Part shown: positions 12,209-24,176 of the stretch, one piece after another | Numbering within the stretch: position 1 is the first letter of the stretch | Layout: each line of letters starts with the position of its first letter | NCBI GenBank assembly: GCA_002633005.1 | Contig: NMRA01001141.1 | Location: 1-49,822 of the forward strand | DNA from: Phoronis australis | Taxonomy: Eukaryota > Animalia > Phoronida | Reading direction: 5' to 3' | DNA length: 49,822 nt | The notes under the pieces: model-generated | What the model saw: the letters and a program-made list of their open reading frames with translations, nothing else | The model's database searches: none | What the model was told of the DNA's origin: nothing | Made by a program: the position numbers and the translations under genes

Positions 12209-12563
12209 TGAGGTTTGAGTGTTAAAGGTGCTGTGTCTGAGCTTTTTACACTTTTTTAAAATGTGGGCAGAAATCACACTTATGTAGAAAGAGAAATATT
12301 AATGTTTAGGGGAATAGTCTTTATGAGTGCAAGAAAGGTGTTCATTTCACAAAGTTCCCAATGTTCTAGAAACTTTCTTCACGAGGAGCCATAATTGGGG
12401 TCTCGTGCCTTTGCTCAGGTGTTTTGTGCAATGGGCCCAACCATGAGGCCTGCGCACGTCTGATGCACCGCAAATGACATCAGACCACCTGCACTATTTT
12501 TTTAATTTTTTTAGAAATTTTGCAACATTCTATGGAAGTGAGTGACACTTTTGTGACTTCTTG

Positions 12564-13400
12564 TTTGGCCATCGATAAATTTTCGTCATTAATAATTAAT
12601 TCACGCTGTTAATAATAATTAATTTACCCTCGTAATTTACATTCTCTGCTTTCACTAATTTGGTCAGCAGTAGCTAATACGAAGACGACCTCGTTATTTC
12701 ATCTCTGGTGCCAGTAAGGGGTTAGATGTTGTTATACTGGCCTTAATGACACTAGTCGTGATTACAACTACATCTGAAAAAAAATCGTTTTTGCGAATTC
12801 TTAAACCACCTATCGCTGTACAATCCGTCTAATGTATTTACGCTCCTAACTATGCTAATGTATAGCAGGAATTTAGGACATTGCTGTTTGAACATCATCT
12901 GCGCTAAACAAAGGGTATTCACTGACAACTTAATAATGTGAAAACAAAAAATACAAATAAGTGACCTTTGCACTAATGATCGACATACCTTGGGGGTTCA
13001 CACAGCCCCCATCATGAAGTGTTTTCCCCCACGTCACGATAGTTACTGGACATGGTTGAGTGATATGCAGCGGATCATTTTCATACAAAACTCGTTCTAA
13101 ACATCTGACAATTTTCAACGTACTTCATATTCACATCGTGGCTATACGTTTTGGGTTTCTAACTAAATTGACCTTGCAAGCGCATAGATAAGGAAGTAGC
13201 TTGCAAGTTAGTTTTCCCTTAGGCCTTGGTCACCGTGATAGTACCGAGCGATGCTTGGTCGGTCAAGCTGATCGAGAGTTCTATCCCTATGCCAAGTGGC
13301 ACGGTGATCGGGCAATTTCTCATCGGATCGCCGCCAGTGACCAGATAACCCCCTTTTACTGCAGCAAACTCAATGGGTCGGCGTTTATAAAGTTTGTGTA
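12564..13400 (+). repeat. Interspersed repeat, copy 1 (empty-site copy relative to 46410-49075)
   Basis: Colinear similarity with 46410-47064 plus 48756-49075 (e.g. GTTTGGCCATCGATAAATTTTC; GCTGATCGAGAG; GATAACCCCCTTT). Confidence 0.8.
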
Positions 13401-14061
13401 ACTCTCGCACTCGAATTAGAGTGATTTCTGGGCTTATAAAAAACAGCGATTCGTTGCTGTTTGAGACCAGGTTAAACAAGTTGGCATAATCGAGCGGATT
13501 TTATGCGTACACCTAGCATGGCTTCAAGTAGTAATAAAACGAATTGCACTGGCTGATATAGGATGTCGGAAGCCTTGGGGGCAAAGGAGGCTATCAAGTG
13601 ACGTGTCGACTCTTACCTCCAAAACCAGAAATCATTTCCAATCGGAACTTGAGGAGGAAAGTGAGACCAGAACTGAGCTCCGCGAATCTAACAAAGGACA
13701 CTGGTGTGATCTTGTGCTTCGCTTGTAATACATCAGTGGCGATATCTCGTGAAATCTTGCGTTTAGTGAGATTCTCGCGTATATTGAACGTACGAAAAAT
13801 AAACAGTTGGCATTAAAGAGGCATGGAACGCGAAAACTCATAAGAATACTTTTTAAACCGATCTTTGCAAATCTACTTCTTCGGGATGCTAACGTGAGTA
13901 AGAGTTGTTTACTTTGAATATTAAAAGAATTTAAAGAAAACTGGCCAGATTCATTGTTTTCGAAACACAGACGAAGTATAAGCTCTTTCCTCCCCATACA
14001 GTTTTCAAATTATCCGCCTGTAATAATATATGTGCGCACATGCGCTCAAACAAGTCGAACC

Positions 14062-14200
14062 GGGTACAGTTCAGTAACTCTTGGTCCTCGCTAAAAGCAA
14101 GACTTCGTGAGATTGCTTGAGATATTGCCGTGTATTTTAAAAGAGTTCACGTGCTTATGGCTAGATTGTAGCGAGGTCCTTGCGTTACTGAACTCTACCC
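14062..14200. mobile_element. MITE (same family as 27563-27703)
   Basis: TIR GGGTACAGTTCAGTAAC...CCTCGCTA / TAGCGAGG...GTTACTGAACTCTACCC; shared internal CAAGACTTCGxGAGATT. Confidence 0.75.
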
Positions 14201-14662
14201 TGGTTGCTGCTTGAAGTCACCATTGTTTTGGTCACATCAAAGGTTAACGGTCACATTTCCATATAAGGGAATGTGCTTCGTTTATGCCTTGCCATACCAA
14301 ATAAGGAGACGATGTGACTTTACGGTGTGGGAGAAAAGCCGCCGAAGTGACCAGCAGTTGGCAGATCGTTTTTTTTTTCAAATTTGAAACTAACGAAAAA
14401 TGTTTTAACATGACAGGAATTCAAAATCTTTACGAAAAAACTAAAAATAACTGGTGAACAATTTGACTTCTGTTTCAGTGGCAGAGAACCACTTCGAATA
14501 ATGCAATTTAGTCTGTTTTCACGTTATGTGCCACTTTGAAACAAAAGTGACTGTGTAAGAAACCAAAATCGTCGACAAGAGAAACAATATGTTAAATGTA
14601 ATAGTGTGCATCATTCAGGTATAAATGAATCAATGTCTCAGTCACTTATGTTTTCATATGAC

Positions 14663-14668
14663 TTTATT
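14663..14668 (-). promoter_or_regulatory. Candidate polyadenylation signal of the cystine-knot gene
   Basis: AATAAA on the minus strand about 150 nt after the TAA at 14819. Confidence 0.45.
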
Positions 14669-14818
14669 CCGATAAATTGTTTCCTGGTTTTACAATGATT
14701 ATTGACATCGTTATACCCCCAGCAGTATCAGCATTTACTGTATGCCGTAGGAAGGTCAAATACTTTGCCATTGTTGCATCCTATTTAATCGCCCCAGTTT
14801 TCCTCTGTTTGACTCGAC

Positions 14819-14969
14819 TTAAACTGGAATACAGTCGCAAACTAAATGATACACCTTTGCTCTCTTCATTTTGTTATTTTCCGTATAAAAGCCGTAAGAA
14901 CGCTTCAGCACAGTATAACACCTGCCACGGAAGAGTATCCCATCTTTTCCCACTTCAACACAGTCAACA
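14819..14969 (-). CDS. Terminal exon of putative secreted cystine-knot (Spaetzle/neurotrophin-like) protein: VDCVEVGKDGILFRGRCYTVLKRSYGFYTENNKMKRAKVYHLVCDCIPV*
   Basis: Strong acceptor tttgtctttacag; phase 2 matches the upstream exon; ends in CxC then stop. Below the ORF-track size cutoff. Confidence 0.72.
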
Positions 14970-15111
14970 CTGTAAAGACAAACATTGTGTACAAATTACA
15001 ACAAGTGGATTTCACGGATGAAGAGTGTCGTTTCACTCAAAATGGGATTATAATTAAACAACAATGCGAACGGTGATAATGGATGATGAGTTGAAATAAC
15101 GTATTGTTCTA

Positions 15112-15763
15112 AATTCCCCTCGAACCCCACACCCGACGACCCCCATTACCCACAGCATCCCCGACCTGCGACAATAGAGGTATTTTTGGGCTTTTTGCAA
15201 ATTTCATGATCTTATTACATGTACGTCCCTGAGTTACTTTCTCATTAAACCTAACTACACGAATCTGCTCTGGCTCAAGGCTGGTAATTAAAACAGAAAG
15301 TGGCTTAAGAACGTGATCTGAAGTGGCGGATTGTGTCTATAGTCTACTATCGTTGTCACGGAAATAGTTCCACGAGCAACTACCAATGACCCTGTTCTAA
15401 CTTTGGGAGAGAGTACGTTAAACACATAATTTCATGTTTGTTTTGTTATTTGCTTTTTGTCGTATACTCCTTTACAACATAGGCCATGTAACTTTTACTG
15501 AAGAGCAGACGAGACGACTATACTCTGTAACAATGGTAGGTTTTTGATTTGATTTGATGTGGTCGCGTTTTTTTTTTTTGTTCTTGGCTTTCAAACTTGA
15601 CGAATCGATTCTCTTCATTGAAAAAAAAATATGTTCGGCGTTCTTAATACCAGCCAGACACAGCAAAACCGACGGTGAGTTGATAACCTGACTGAGCCGA
15701 ACCCCTTGGCTTTGGGTATTGTAGCTAGGTGATGGGTCGTCGGAGATGTGGTTCGAGGGGGTC
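15112..15763. mobile_element. Non-autonomous DNA transposon in the intron of the cystine-knot gene
   Basis: ~45-bp imperfect inverted repeat CCCCTCGAACC...CCGACGACCC / GGGTCGTCGG...GGTTCGAGGGG. Ends approximate. Confidence 0.6.
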
Positions 15764-15863
15764 TTAAAACAAGTTCAGGTTTAATTACATATTAATAATA
15801 CATAAAAACGGTTCCAAATGGTCAGTGCAACGGGTCCACCCGAACAGCCTGCACAAGTTGGCA

Positions 15864-16015
15864 CAGTGCTGTAGTGGGGCGTAGATGCACGTAGGCGCAG
15901 CCAACCACCTTTTGCCATTTGAACTTAACGCCTACGCACCGTAAGGTACGTTCAGTGCTCAAGGTGATACGGTGAGCTTTGGGCGCCTACTTACCTCTAA
16001 TTTTACCACGCACTG
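15864..16015. mobile_element. hAT-type MITE (second copy inverted at 41647-41792)
   Basis: CAGTGC...GCACTG termini; degenerate 8-bp TSD AGTTGGCA/GTTTGGCA. Confidence 0.8.
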
Positions 16016-16141
16016 GTTTGGCATAGCGTCTGCAATTGCGGTTTGGTCATTTGCGCAGATGAGTTGAAAAACCTTTTATGAGAAGAAGTCTCACGTGACA
16101 GTTGACGGGCATTCCCATAACAAGTTATAATTATTACTTAC

Positions 16142-16428
16142 GCGTTGAGCATGCACTTGTATGGTTGAAATGCTGTTATCAGGGTTCTATAATAACCCTT
16201 TTTATTCTTGACCTTTGTTATTTTACTCATCTCGCATTGGTCACATGGTATACGCTTCAAAGGGTAGTCCGGCTCGGGTTTAGGACGTTTTGTGGTAATG
16301 TCTGGGTAGGCTGTCGTCGTAGGCCTACTCGTAGAAGTAGTAGTCTGGGATCTCGTAGAAGTAGTATTCTGGGATCTCGTAGAAGTAGTATTCTGGGATA
16401 AGCCATTTGTGGCGAAAATCACCGTTGC
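16142..16428 (-). CDS. Internal exon of cystine-knot gene: end of signal peptide, Thr/Ser-rich repeats, KR site, start of Cys domain
   Basis: Acceptor tttctatatag, donor GC|gtaagt. Open frame ATVIFATNGLSQNTTSTR...PLKRIPCDQCEMSKITKVKNKKGYYRTLITAFQPYKCMLNA. Confidence 0.72.
16328..16399. repeat. 24-bp tandem repeat x3, coding (SQNTTSTR)
   Basis: CTCGTAGAAGTAGTA(G/T)TCTGGGAT x3; unit length preserves the reading frame. Confidence 0.9.
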
Positions 16429-16835
16429 CTATATAGAAAGTACATTTAGTTTAGACAAAACATAAAATGCTTAAAGTTACATTATCGATTGCCGAAAATG
16501 CAGCTTGGGGATAATTGTTGGTGGGGACGGGCTTTTTGAAGTTTTTAGGTTTGACTTGAGCTACAAAACAACGGATGCTGTGATTTTGTTATAAAATGCC
16601 AGTGCTCGCAGATGACTGCAAGACATTCGCTGAAATCAAGACAGGCATTTTTATCAAAATACGCTTTCAAAATAATAGGTTTTATATGCGCTAACTACAA
16701 AGCGATACCGAAGCTAGTTTGCAGTGAAACTACACATGAGGATGAGGTTAAAGGTCATATATATTATGACAAACTGTTGTAATACGGGTGTGTGACTGTC
16801 TGCCACAGATGCAGCAGAAAGATGCATCCGCCCAC

Positions 16836-16910
16836 CCAAAGAAGAGCGAGCGAAACGCAAAAATAGATTGTGTAAAATGGAGAATCAGTAGCTACGAAAA
16901 ATGACAACAT
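16836..16910 (-). CDS. Candidate signal-peptide exon of cystine-knot gene (MLSFFVATDSPFYTIYFCVSLALLW)
   Basis: Hydrophobic stretch ending at phase-0 donor TGG|gtgggc. Begins either at ATG 16910 or at acceptor tttttcgtag (exon start 16891). Confidence 0.45.
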
Positions 16911-17276
16911 GAAGTGGGACAGCTGGTTAAAATGACAATATAAAAACGTATACAAGACCCAACAAGGAGTCAAAATGAGAGTAACGTAAACTTAAAGGCG
17001 AAGGCAACCTTTTTTCATGTCACTTAGCAAAAATAAGGTTCGTTGATTATCCCAAACACATTTTTCACTTAATTACATCTTTTCGTAATTTGATTAATTT
17101 CTCGTCCTCTACTCCGGAAGTGACGTTTTGGGAGGCAAGAGTTTCTCGCCAATGTCTTTTCATTATAGCAAGGAGTGTAGTAGTATAGGAGAGTTCACTT
17201 GTGAGTTCGCTGTTACCGCTACTACTAGCGCGCCAAGTGCTGACTAAGCAACTGTCAACCAGGAAGCGCCAAAACA

Positions 17277-18200
17277 ATGGGGAAGGACGCATTTTGCAGT
17301 GCGATAAATTGCATGAATTCACCCACGAAAACCCCAGACGTGTCTTTTTTTAGGTTTCCTAAGGATCCAGAAAGGTAAGAATTATCTGTTATTCAATAAT
17401 ATGATACATTGTCTTTCATTTTGTGTGTTCTGTTCACGGTTGTTAGACAAGTCGATTGCAGTCCCGTTGCCACTGTTGTCTGCAGTGTAGGCTAGGCCTA
17501 CTGTATAGCCGGGCTGCCGGCGGAAGGACTATGATGAACGTACGATGTGATCGTCAGCTATTTGGATACTTGCAGTCCATGAATTCCAAATCAAAATGTC
17601 ACAGGTACGATCGCAGGGATAATTTTAGGAAAACATACCCATGCCCATGCCATGGGTAATATGACTGGTGATACGGCCATGCCACAATCACAGTGAGGGC
17701 CACAAGTCTGTCATTAGTCAAGTTAGAGATCTGTGGGTCTCGGTGAAAAGGTGAAAAAATCAACATAATTTTAATGTAGAGCGTCATCAAAAATTTAATT
17801 CTATGTGTCAATAATGCGGAGGCGCGGCCCTGTTAAAATATCCGTGGATCAACATTTGAGTCCGAGTTTTTTTCAGTTAATTTGACACCAAAACGCTTTT
17901 GTCTCTATCACAATCACAGTATGACAGGAATTCTGTAGTGTAGAGTACTTTAGTGTAGGCTACCAGTCTTCTGTGAACCTAGTGAGTATGAGGTTTGTTT
18001 CTGAGTCTCTCAGTCATTGATTTCTGTTCAGGTGCAAGCGCTGGGAGCTGACCTTATGAATAGAGATGCAGCCTATTTGTCCAAGAACTGCAAGTTATGC
18101 TCTCATCACTTTGAGGAGTCCATGTTCATGAATGAAGAACAAGCTGGTATTGACTGCAGTGCCCGAACAATATTTGATGTCGTGAATCCACCAAAAATGA
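17277..18200 (+). pseudogene. Two-exon THAP zinc-finger remnant of the P-like transposase
   Basis: Exon 17277-17374 MGKDAFCSAINCMNSPTKTPDVSFFRFPKDPER|gtaaga. Exon from 18032 reads CKRW / ADLMNRD...CKLCSHHFEESMF / AVP / TIF with frameshifts. Confidence 0.8.
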
Positions 18201-19441
18201 AGATGTCAGGGTCAAAAAGTTCTCCAGAAATTATATTACAGCTCTGGAGTAGGCTTTTTTGCATTTCTGATTATCATCTCACAAAGCAAGTACTGGAACA
18301 TCACGTGTAGAAAAGACAGTTAGTCAAAATCTAGTTTTCGTATTTTACTAAGGTTGATCAGATTGAAACATTTTATGAATGGTTAGCCTGTGATTTGGAG
18401 AGAGCCAAAATGAAACTGATGGATCATTCAGAGTCTGAGTGGTGGGCTGAAATTTTGTTAAACCCAAGCTATCCGCATCATTTTGCTTCTCGATGACAAA
18501 CATTTCTGTGAGTAAATTAGTTTTCAGCTTTACAACACATTTCTTTGGCGAAAGTGCTGTCTAGTGAATTAATAAAGAGTGACAAGGTTGGTCAGATTTT
18601 CTTGTAGTATTGATTGGTGTATGTGTTGCCTATTTTGTACGTTTTTCGAGTTTGTGATTAATTTAAGCCCCAGTTGTGGCTAGGTATCAAATATGATCTT
18701 GTGGTCTGGCTTTAACTTACCTGAAATATTTACTAATAGGAACAGTGGGTATATGAAATAAAATTTTGGTTTTATCATCCAAGTCTTTTTAATTCAATTT
18801 TGTATAAAGCTATGTGGGTAGTGAATATTTTGATTGCTGTTCAGTACCTCTTAATTTTTTGTCATGATATTTTGAACTTTGACTAGTTATGAGTGATGAT
18901 ATACTCAATGTTACTTCATTTTGTAAGTCGTGATCTATTCTACAGATTAGCAAGTGCCTTGTAACTGTTGGTGAGTGGGAGAGTGGAATTGAGTCCTATA
19001 CTGGCATGTCTACGAAATAATGGAATGTTCTAAAATTGTATTACAATTTTGTGGTAGTGACGAATTGCCTTGCTTTCTTCTTCTCACTTGTGTAACACCC
19101 ACTGCACAAAACAATTGTCTGCATTGCTAGTAGCCTGGTGCATTGAATACTAGGGAACACATGTGAAATTGTTGGGTGGAGATGAAACCAGCAGTGAGCT
19201 GGGAGCAACATGTTTGTCAATGGTCAGGGGAGCAACCAAAACGTGTGACGATGCGGGAGGGGCTCAACACCCATGTGGCATACATACCCATTGGTTTTTA
19301 CCTGTTCAGCACTCCTCTCATGCAACCACCCTGGGAGGGGGTCAACACCCATTTGGCGCCCACCTGGTTTTTGCCTGGTACCCCCTTAGCTGGCACCTGG
19401 GTGGAATTCCCCTCTGAACCCCCAGGAGCAATCATTCAAAT

Positions 19442-22400
19442 TGTTGAGAGCCTCACTCTGTATACGTTAGAGGGCGACACGATCGTCCGCCATCATTGGA
19501 ATAAACGACTTGAACGCGGTGTTGTAGTTGTCCGAACAAAAGACAAACTCACGGCTTAACTTGGTGTTAGGACGTGGACAATGAGTGAATCAAAACACCC
19601 AAAGCTTATTTTAGCCGAGGACAAACAACTTAGCGTAAAACTGCGGCGCAAAAAGTTCAACTCATGGTGCATCCTGCAGAAAGGCTGACGTGACCCAGAA
19701 AAACCAGTCACTGATCCACAGCACTGGAAAACTGACAAAGCGTCCCTCGAAATAGCAGCTGTCTATGTAGCACTTCCCGACGAAGTGCTAAACGTTTTTG
19801 ACACTACAACCATTAATCTCATGTCCGAGGATGAGCAAAAACAACCATGGTCATATTTGAATAGACTGGAGACCCAGTTCGCCGGCAAAGATGACATCAT
19901 GCCCCAGTGACAATTCTTTAACTTGACACAAAAGCCGAATGAATCTGTGACCGACTTTGAGACAAGAATTCGCACGGTTGCCGCAAACACTAAATACGCA
20001 GACATGACAGATCCTCTACAAGAACTAATGAGAGATAGATTCTGCACAGGAGTCCAAAATAAAGACCTACGAGAACAGTTGCTTCACTCATTTTAAAGAA
20101 GACGGTAAAACTCCTCTAACTTTCCAACAACAGTTGAACAAAGCCAAGTCCTGGGAGGCAGCACATAAAACCAACATGACTATCATGCAAGCAGTCAGTC
20201 TTGATGAACAAGATAATTTCGCAGGCAAACGCCATTATGAGAACAAGCCGGCACCGGCTCAGTCTCAAACGTCCCGGTGGTGCTTAGGATCACGACATTC
20301 TTGGAAAGATTGTCCTGCCAAGAAACCAGGAACTTGATTCGGCAGCAACATGCAACACACTTCCATTAAATATGTATCAAAAAATTGCCCCACTAAACAC
20401 ATTACTTTCATCCAAAGCAAAGATTTTCCCATACTCAGGCAGCCCAATAAGACCGATTGGGAGACAGTCACTGACGTGTGAGGGTAACAAAACCTTTGAA
20501 CTCCTTGAATTTCAAGTCATAGACCACAGTTACATCCCAAACAAGCCTGCACTTCTCTCTGGAGTAGCCAGTAAAAAAGGCCTCGTTACCTTTCACCAGT
20601 CCAAAGTATTTTCCTCTGATGGCACAAACATCACTGATCCACAGCCAAACCATCAACTACATGTACATGACCTATCCTCTGCAAAACCACCACAGCCCTT
20701 GCACAATACCTTAACCCCTGGTAAAATCACTAAATCCCAGTTAACGGATAACTTCAAGGAAAAATTCAAGGGTCTTGGGAAAATTGATAAGCCAGTGAAA
20801 TTCACTCTTGATGCCTCAGTACCCCCCATTCATGGCGGAATACATAGAATACAGCTAGGGAAAATGGATCAGGTTGAGGAAAGGCTCACAGAAATGGTCC
20901 ATGCTGGCAAACTAACGAAAGTAGAAGAGCCGACTGACTGGTGTAGCAATATGACAGTGCAAGAACGCAAACGTCCCGACGGCTCCACTAAAATACGCAT
21001 ATGTCTTGACCCGAGTCAAACACTAAACAAAGCAATTGTCATCCCAAAATACCAAGTACCCACACTAGATGAAATACTCCCCCATTTGTCTGGCAAGAGA
21101 TTCAAGACATTCTCAATATTTGATGCTCTTGATGGTTTTACCCAGGTTGAACTCGATGAAACGTCCAGTAAACTAACAACCATGCACACACCTTGGGGAC
21201 GATTTCGCTGGTTGCGCTTACCCTATGGTGTAAGCTGTGCCCCAGAAGAATTCCAGCTTAGAATACATGAGGCCTTGGCAGGCCTAGAAGATGACATACT
21301 TGTTATAGGTCAAGGTAACTCTCGGGAAGAGACTGATCGTACCCATGACTTAAGAGTGTTGTCCCTTATGGACAGGGCCAAGGAACGCGGCTTGATCACT
21401 GAACAAGGTGTCCAGGTTGACCCCAATAAGGTCAGAGCCATCACGGACATGCCCGTCCCAAATGACGAGAAAGCTCTACTAAGATTCTGTGGCATGGTTA
21501 ACTACCTCAACAGTTTCTGTCCCAATCTTTTGCAAACCATGCAACCACTTTTTGAACTCACGAGAGATGACCAAGAATTCATATGGTCAGACAAACATCA
21601 AACAGCCTTTATGATAGCAAAGAACCTCATATCTACAGCGCCCTGTCTCGCCTTCTTTGACAGAGCGAAAGACATCACACTACAAGTAGAGGCCTCCAAA
21701 GGAGGTCTGGGTGGCGCGCTTTTGCAGTGGTCAGCAATGAAAAAGGAATGTCTGGCAATCGTAGCGGTTTGCGACAAATGGGACCTTTGGCTTTATGGCC
21801 AAAGAGTTACCATCCACAGCGACCACTAACCTCTCGAAACAATCTTCAAGAAGCCTCTTCATTCTGCTCCCCAAAGACTTCAGCGAATGATGACGAGACT
21901 CCAACGATATAATCTCAGAGTTGTTCATAAAAAGGGGTCAACGATGTACATTGCCGATACCCTTTCAAGGGCAACATTAGACACTGTCAACGATTGTACA
22001 CAAACCAATCTTGAGGTGTTTCGCCTCAACCTAGAAGAAGACGCAATGAGCACAATTGCTTGTTTTAAATCACAAACATTTGATGAAATAAAACGTCACA
22101 CCTCAACAGACCCTGTTATGATGTCTCTTACCAGAACAATTATCACAGGCTGGCCAGACCAAAAGTCGTTGTTAGAAACTGGTCTTTCCCCTTTTTGGAC
22201 GTTCAGGGACGAACTGAGCGTTTTTGACGGAATTGTCTATCGAGGGTCTCAGATAGTTATACCACAACCTATTCGTAAACAGATGCTCTACAAGATTCAC
22301 ATTGCACATTTTGGTCCAGAGTCCAACATACGCATGTGTAAGGACATTTTGTTCTGGCCTGGAATGAAGAGCATGTGGTAAATGTGCACAGTTCAAAGCT

Positions 22401-23681
22401 CAGAACACTAAAGACCCCATGAGGACCCAACCTGTTCCATCCTATCCCTGGCAGTTTGTTAGCCAAGACCTGTGTACTTTCGAGTCAAACAACTATCTCA
22501 TAACAGTAGACCATTACTCAGACTTCATTGAAATCGATGAACTAGACAACACACTAGCTAGTACAATAGTTGACAAAACGGAAGCACATCTAGCACGTTA
22601 TGGGATACCGGAAATTTTATTGACAGATAATGGCCCTCAGTTCATTGCATGAGATTTTGAAGCCATGTGTTACAAACACAACATACAACATATAACTAGC
22701 TCTCCTTACTGGCCTCAGGGCAACGCGAAGGCTGAAGCCTCTGTCAAAATTATCAAGTCAATGCTGAAAAAGGCTGGAAAGCCCAACTGCAACTGGCATT
22801 GTTCAATCATAGGAACACACCACCGCAGGGCCACTCCCTTAGCCCGGCACAGCGTAGCATGGGAAGACACACTCGAGGTCTTCTACCTACATCCGGTAAG
22901 CAACTTCTACCCATTTGCCACGACCAGTCGCAAGTCCCTGACATTGTAGCTAAAAAAAGGCCCAGGCTAAGGCCTCATACGACAAACGTTTTGGAAACAA
23001 CAGATCCGAGAATGACTTAGTGCTTGTTGGCGACTTTGTCTACGACAAACCACCGCCTCACAAAAAGTCACAACCGTGGCAATATGGAGTCGTAACGGAA
23101 ATTCCAACTGCACGGTCTTACATTGTAGACACGCCAACCGGCATTTGGCAACAGAACAGACGTCATGTAAGATTAGCGGCTCTTCCACCACAAGGAACAC
23201 TTGTTCCTAAATCATGGAACCCGCGAGCATCCAACACACATACGCCACAACCAACCTTACCCGATACACAAAAAGAGCCCCAAATGCCAAACCTAACGTC
23301 TGTTCCCCGTCCACCTTCCCAACCCATTGCCAACCCACTACTACCTTCTGGAGCCACTTATGATTCTGTTAAGGATGCCAGTCAGCCCATGCCAGATTCG
23401 TCATCTGAATCCTTCAAGGAACCCAATACGAACCAGGTCAGGGCGTGTCTCCAAACCCCCACGAAGGCTGATAGAGACAATGTAGAATTCTTAGTGTTTT
23501 AAGTACGCGTAGTATTTTAAGTGACTTTCTATACATAAGAATTTTTTTTAAGAAAAGGGGATGTTGAGAGCCTCACTCTGTATACGTTAGAGGGCGACAC
23601 GAAAGTCCGCCATCATTGGAATAAACGACTTGAACGCAGTGTTGTAGTTGTTCGAACAAAAGCCAAACTCACCTCTTAACT
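19442..23681 (+). mobile_element. Ty3/Gypsy LTR retrotransposon (probably Mag-like), full-length but decayed
   Basis: 120-bp LTRs 19442-19561 and 23562-23681 (7 mismatches). TSD AAAT; PBS TGGTGTTAGGA at 19562; PPT AAGAAAAGGGGA at 23550-23561. Domain order RT-RNaseH-INT. Confidence 0.93.
19581..23502 (+). pseudogene. Disrupted gag-pol
   Basis: RT motifs IRICLDP, FDALDGFTQV, RLPYGVSCAPEEFQ, EDDILV; RNase H LQVEASKGGLG, IHSDH; integrase VDHYSDF, TDNGPQF, TSSPYWPQGN. Many stops, frameshifts and deletions. Confidence 0.92.
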
Positions 23682-24176
23682 AAATTATGTAGTCCATGGA
23701 GGTATGAACTGTTATAAGGAACGATAATTGCCGTGTTAAGAACTCAAACATGAAACAAAACCATGATGGATTTTGAAGGGAGCTTCAAGAAAATAAAAAC
23801 AAATACACTTTAATATTAATTAAAATACACATTTTCTTTCTCATTCTATTGTAAGTGGATGTTAGTTTATGTATTCTAACCACTTTCAATCACACAGTAG
23901 TTTTATTGCACGTTGAATGTCATTGAAGTATGAATTTATCAGTGTTTACATTGTTCGGATTGCGCTCCTAACTAAGTGTTGATTATTCACCGCTTGGGGC
24001 GCTAGTGTTTCGACTGGTACCCATTGTGGCGAATGGTAAAATGGCGGAGTGAACTCTCCTGTACTAGTACACTCCTTGATTATAGTCTGACTGTGAGAGC
24101 TGTCGAATCATTCATTGTTCTACCTCGTTTGTGATAAGTTCGGTCGTCGTTTGCTTTTGTTTACAAGTCAGTCAAC

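Larger units (their letters stand above)
17169..24078 (+). mobile_element. Non-autonomous P-element-like transposon inserted in the Kolobok left TIR
   Basis: 31-bp TIRs CAAGGAGTGTAGTAGTATAGGAGAGTTCACT (29/31 identical; right copy 24048-24078). 7-bp TSD ATTATAG (17162-17168 / 24079-24085). Carries THAP exons. Confidence 0.88.

Noticed and set aside
16328-16399. CRISPR-like short repeat array
   Set aside because: No spacers, eukaryotic context; it is a head-to-tail coding minisatellite.
17669-17690. 5S rRNA-like start (TACGGCCATGCCAC), which would suggest a Cassandra/Ajax-type element
   Set aside because: Similarity is limited to about 14 nt, with no internal control region or LTR pair.
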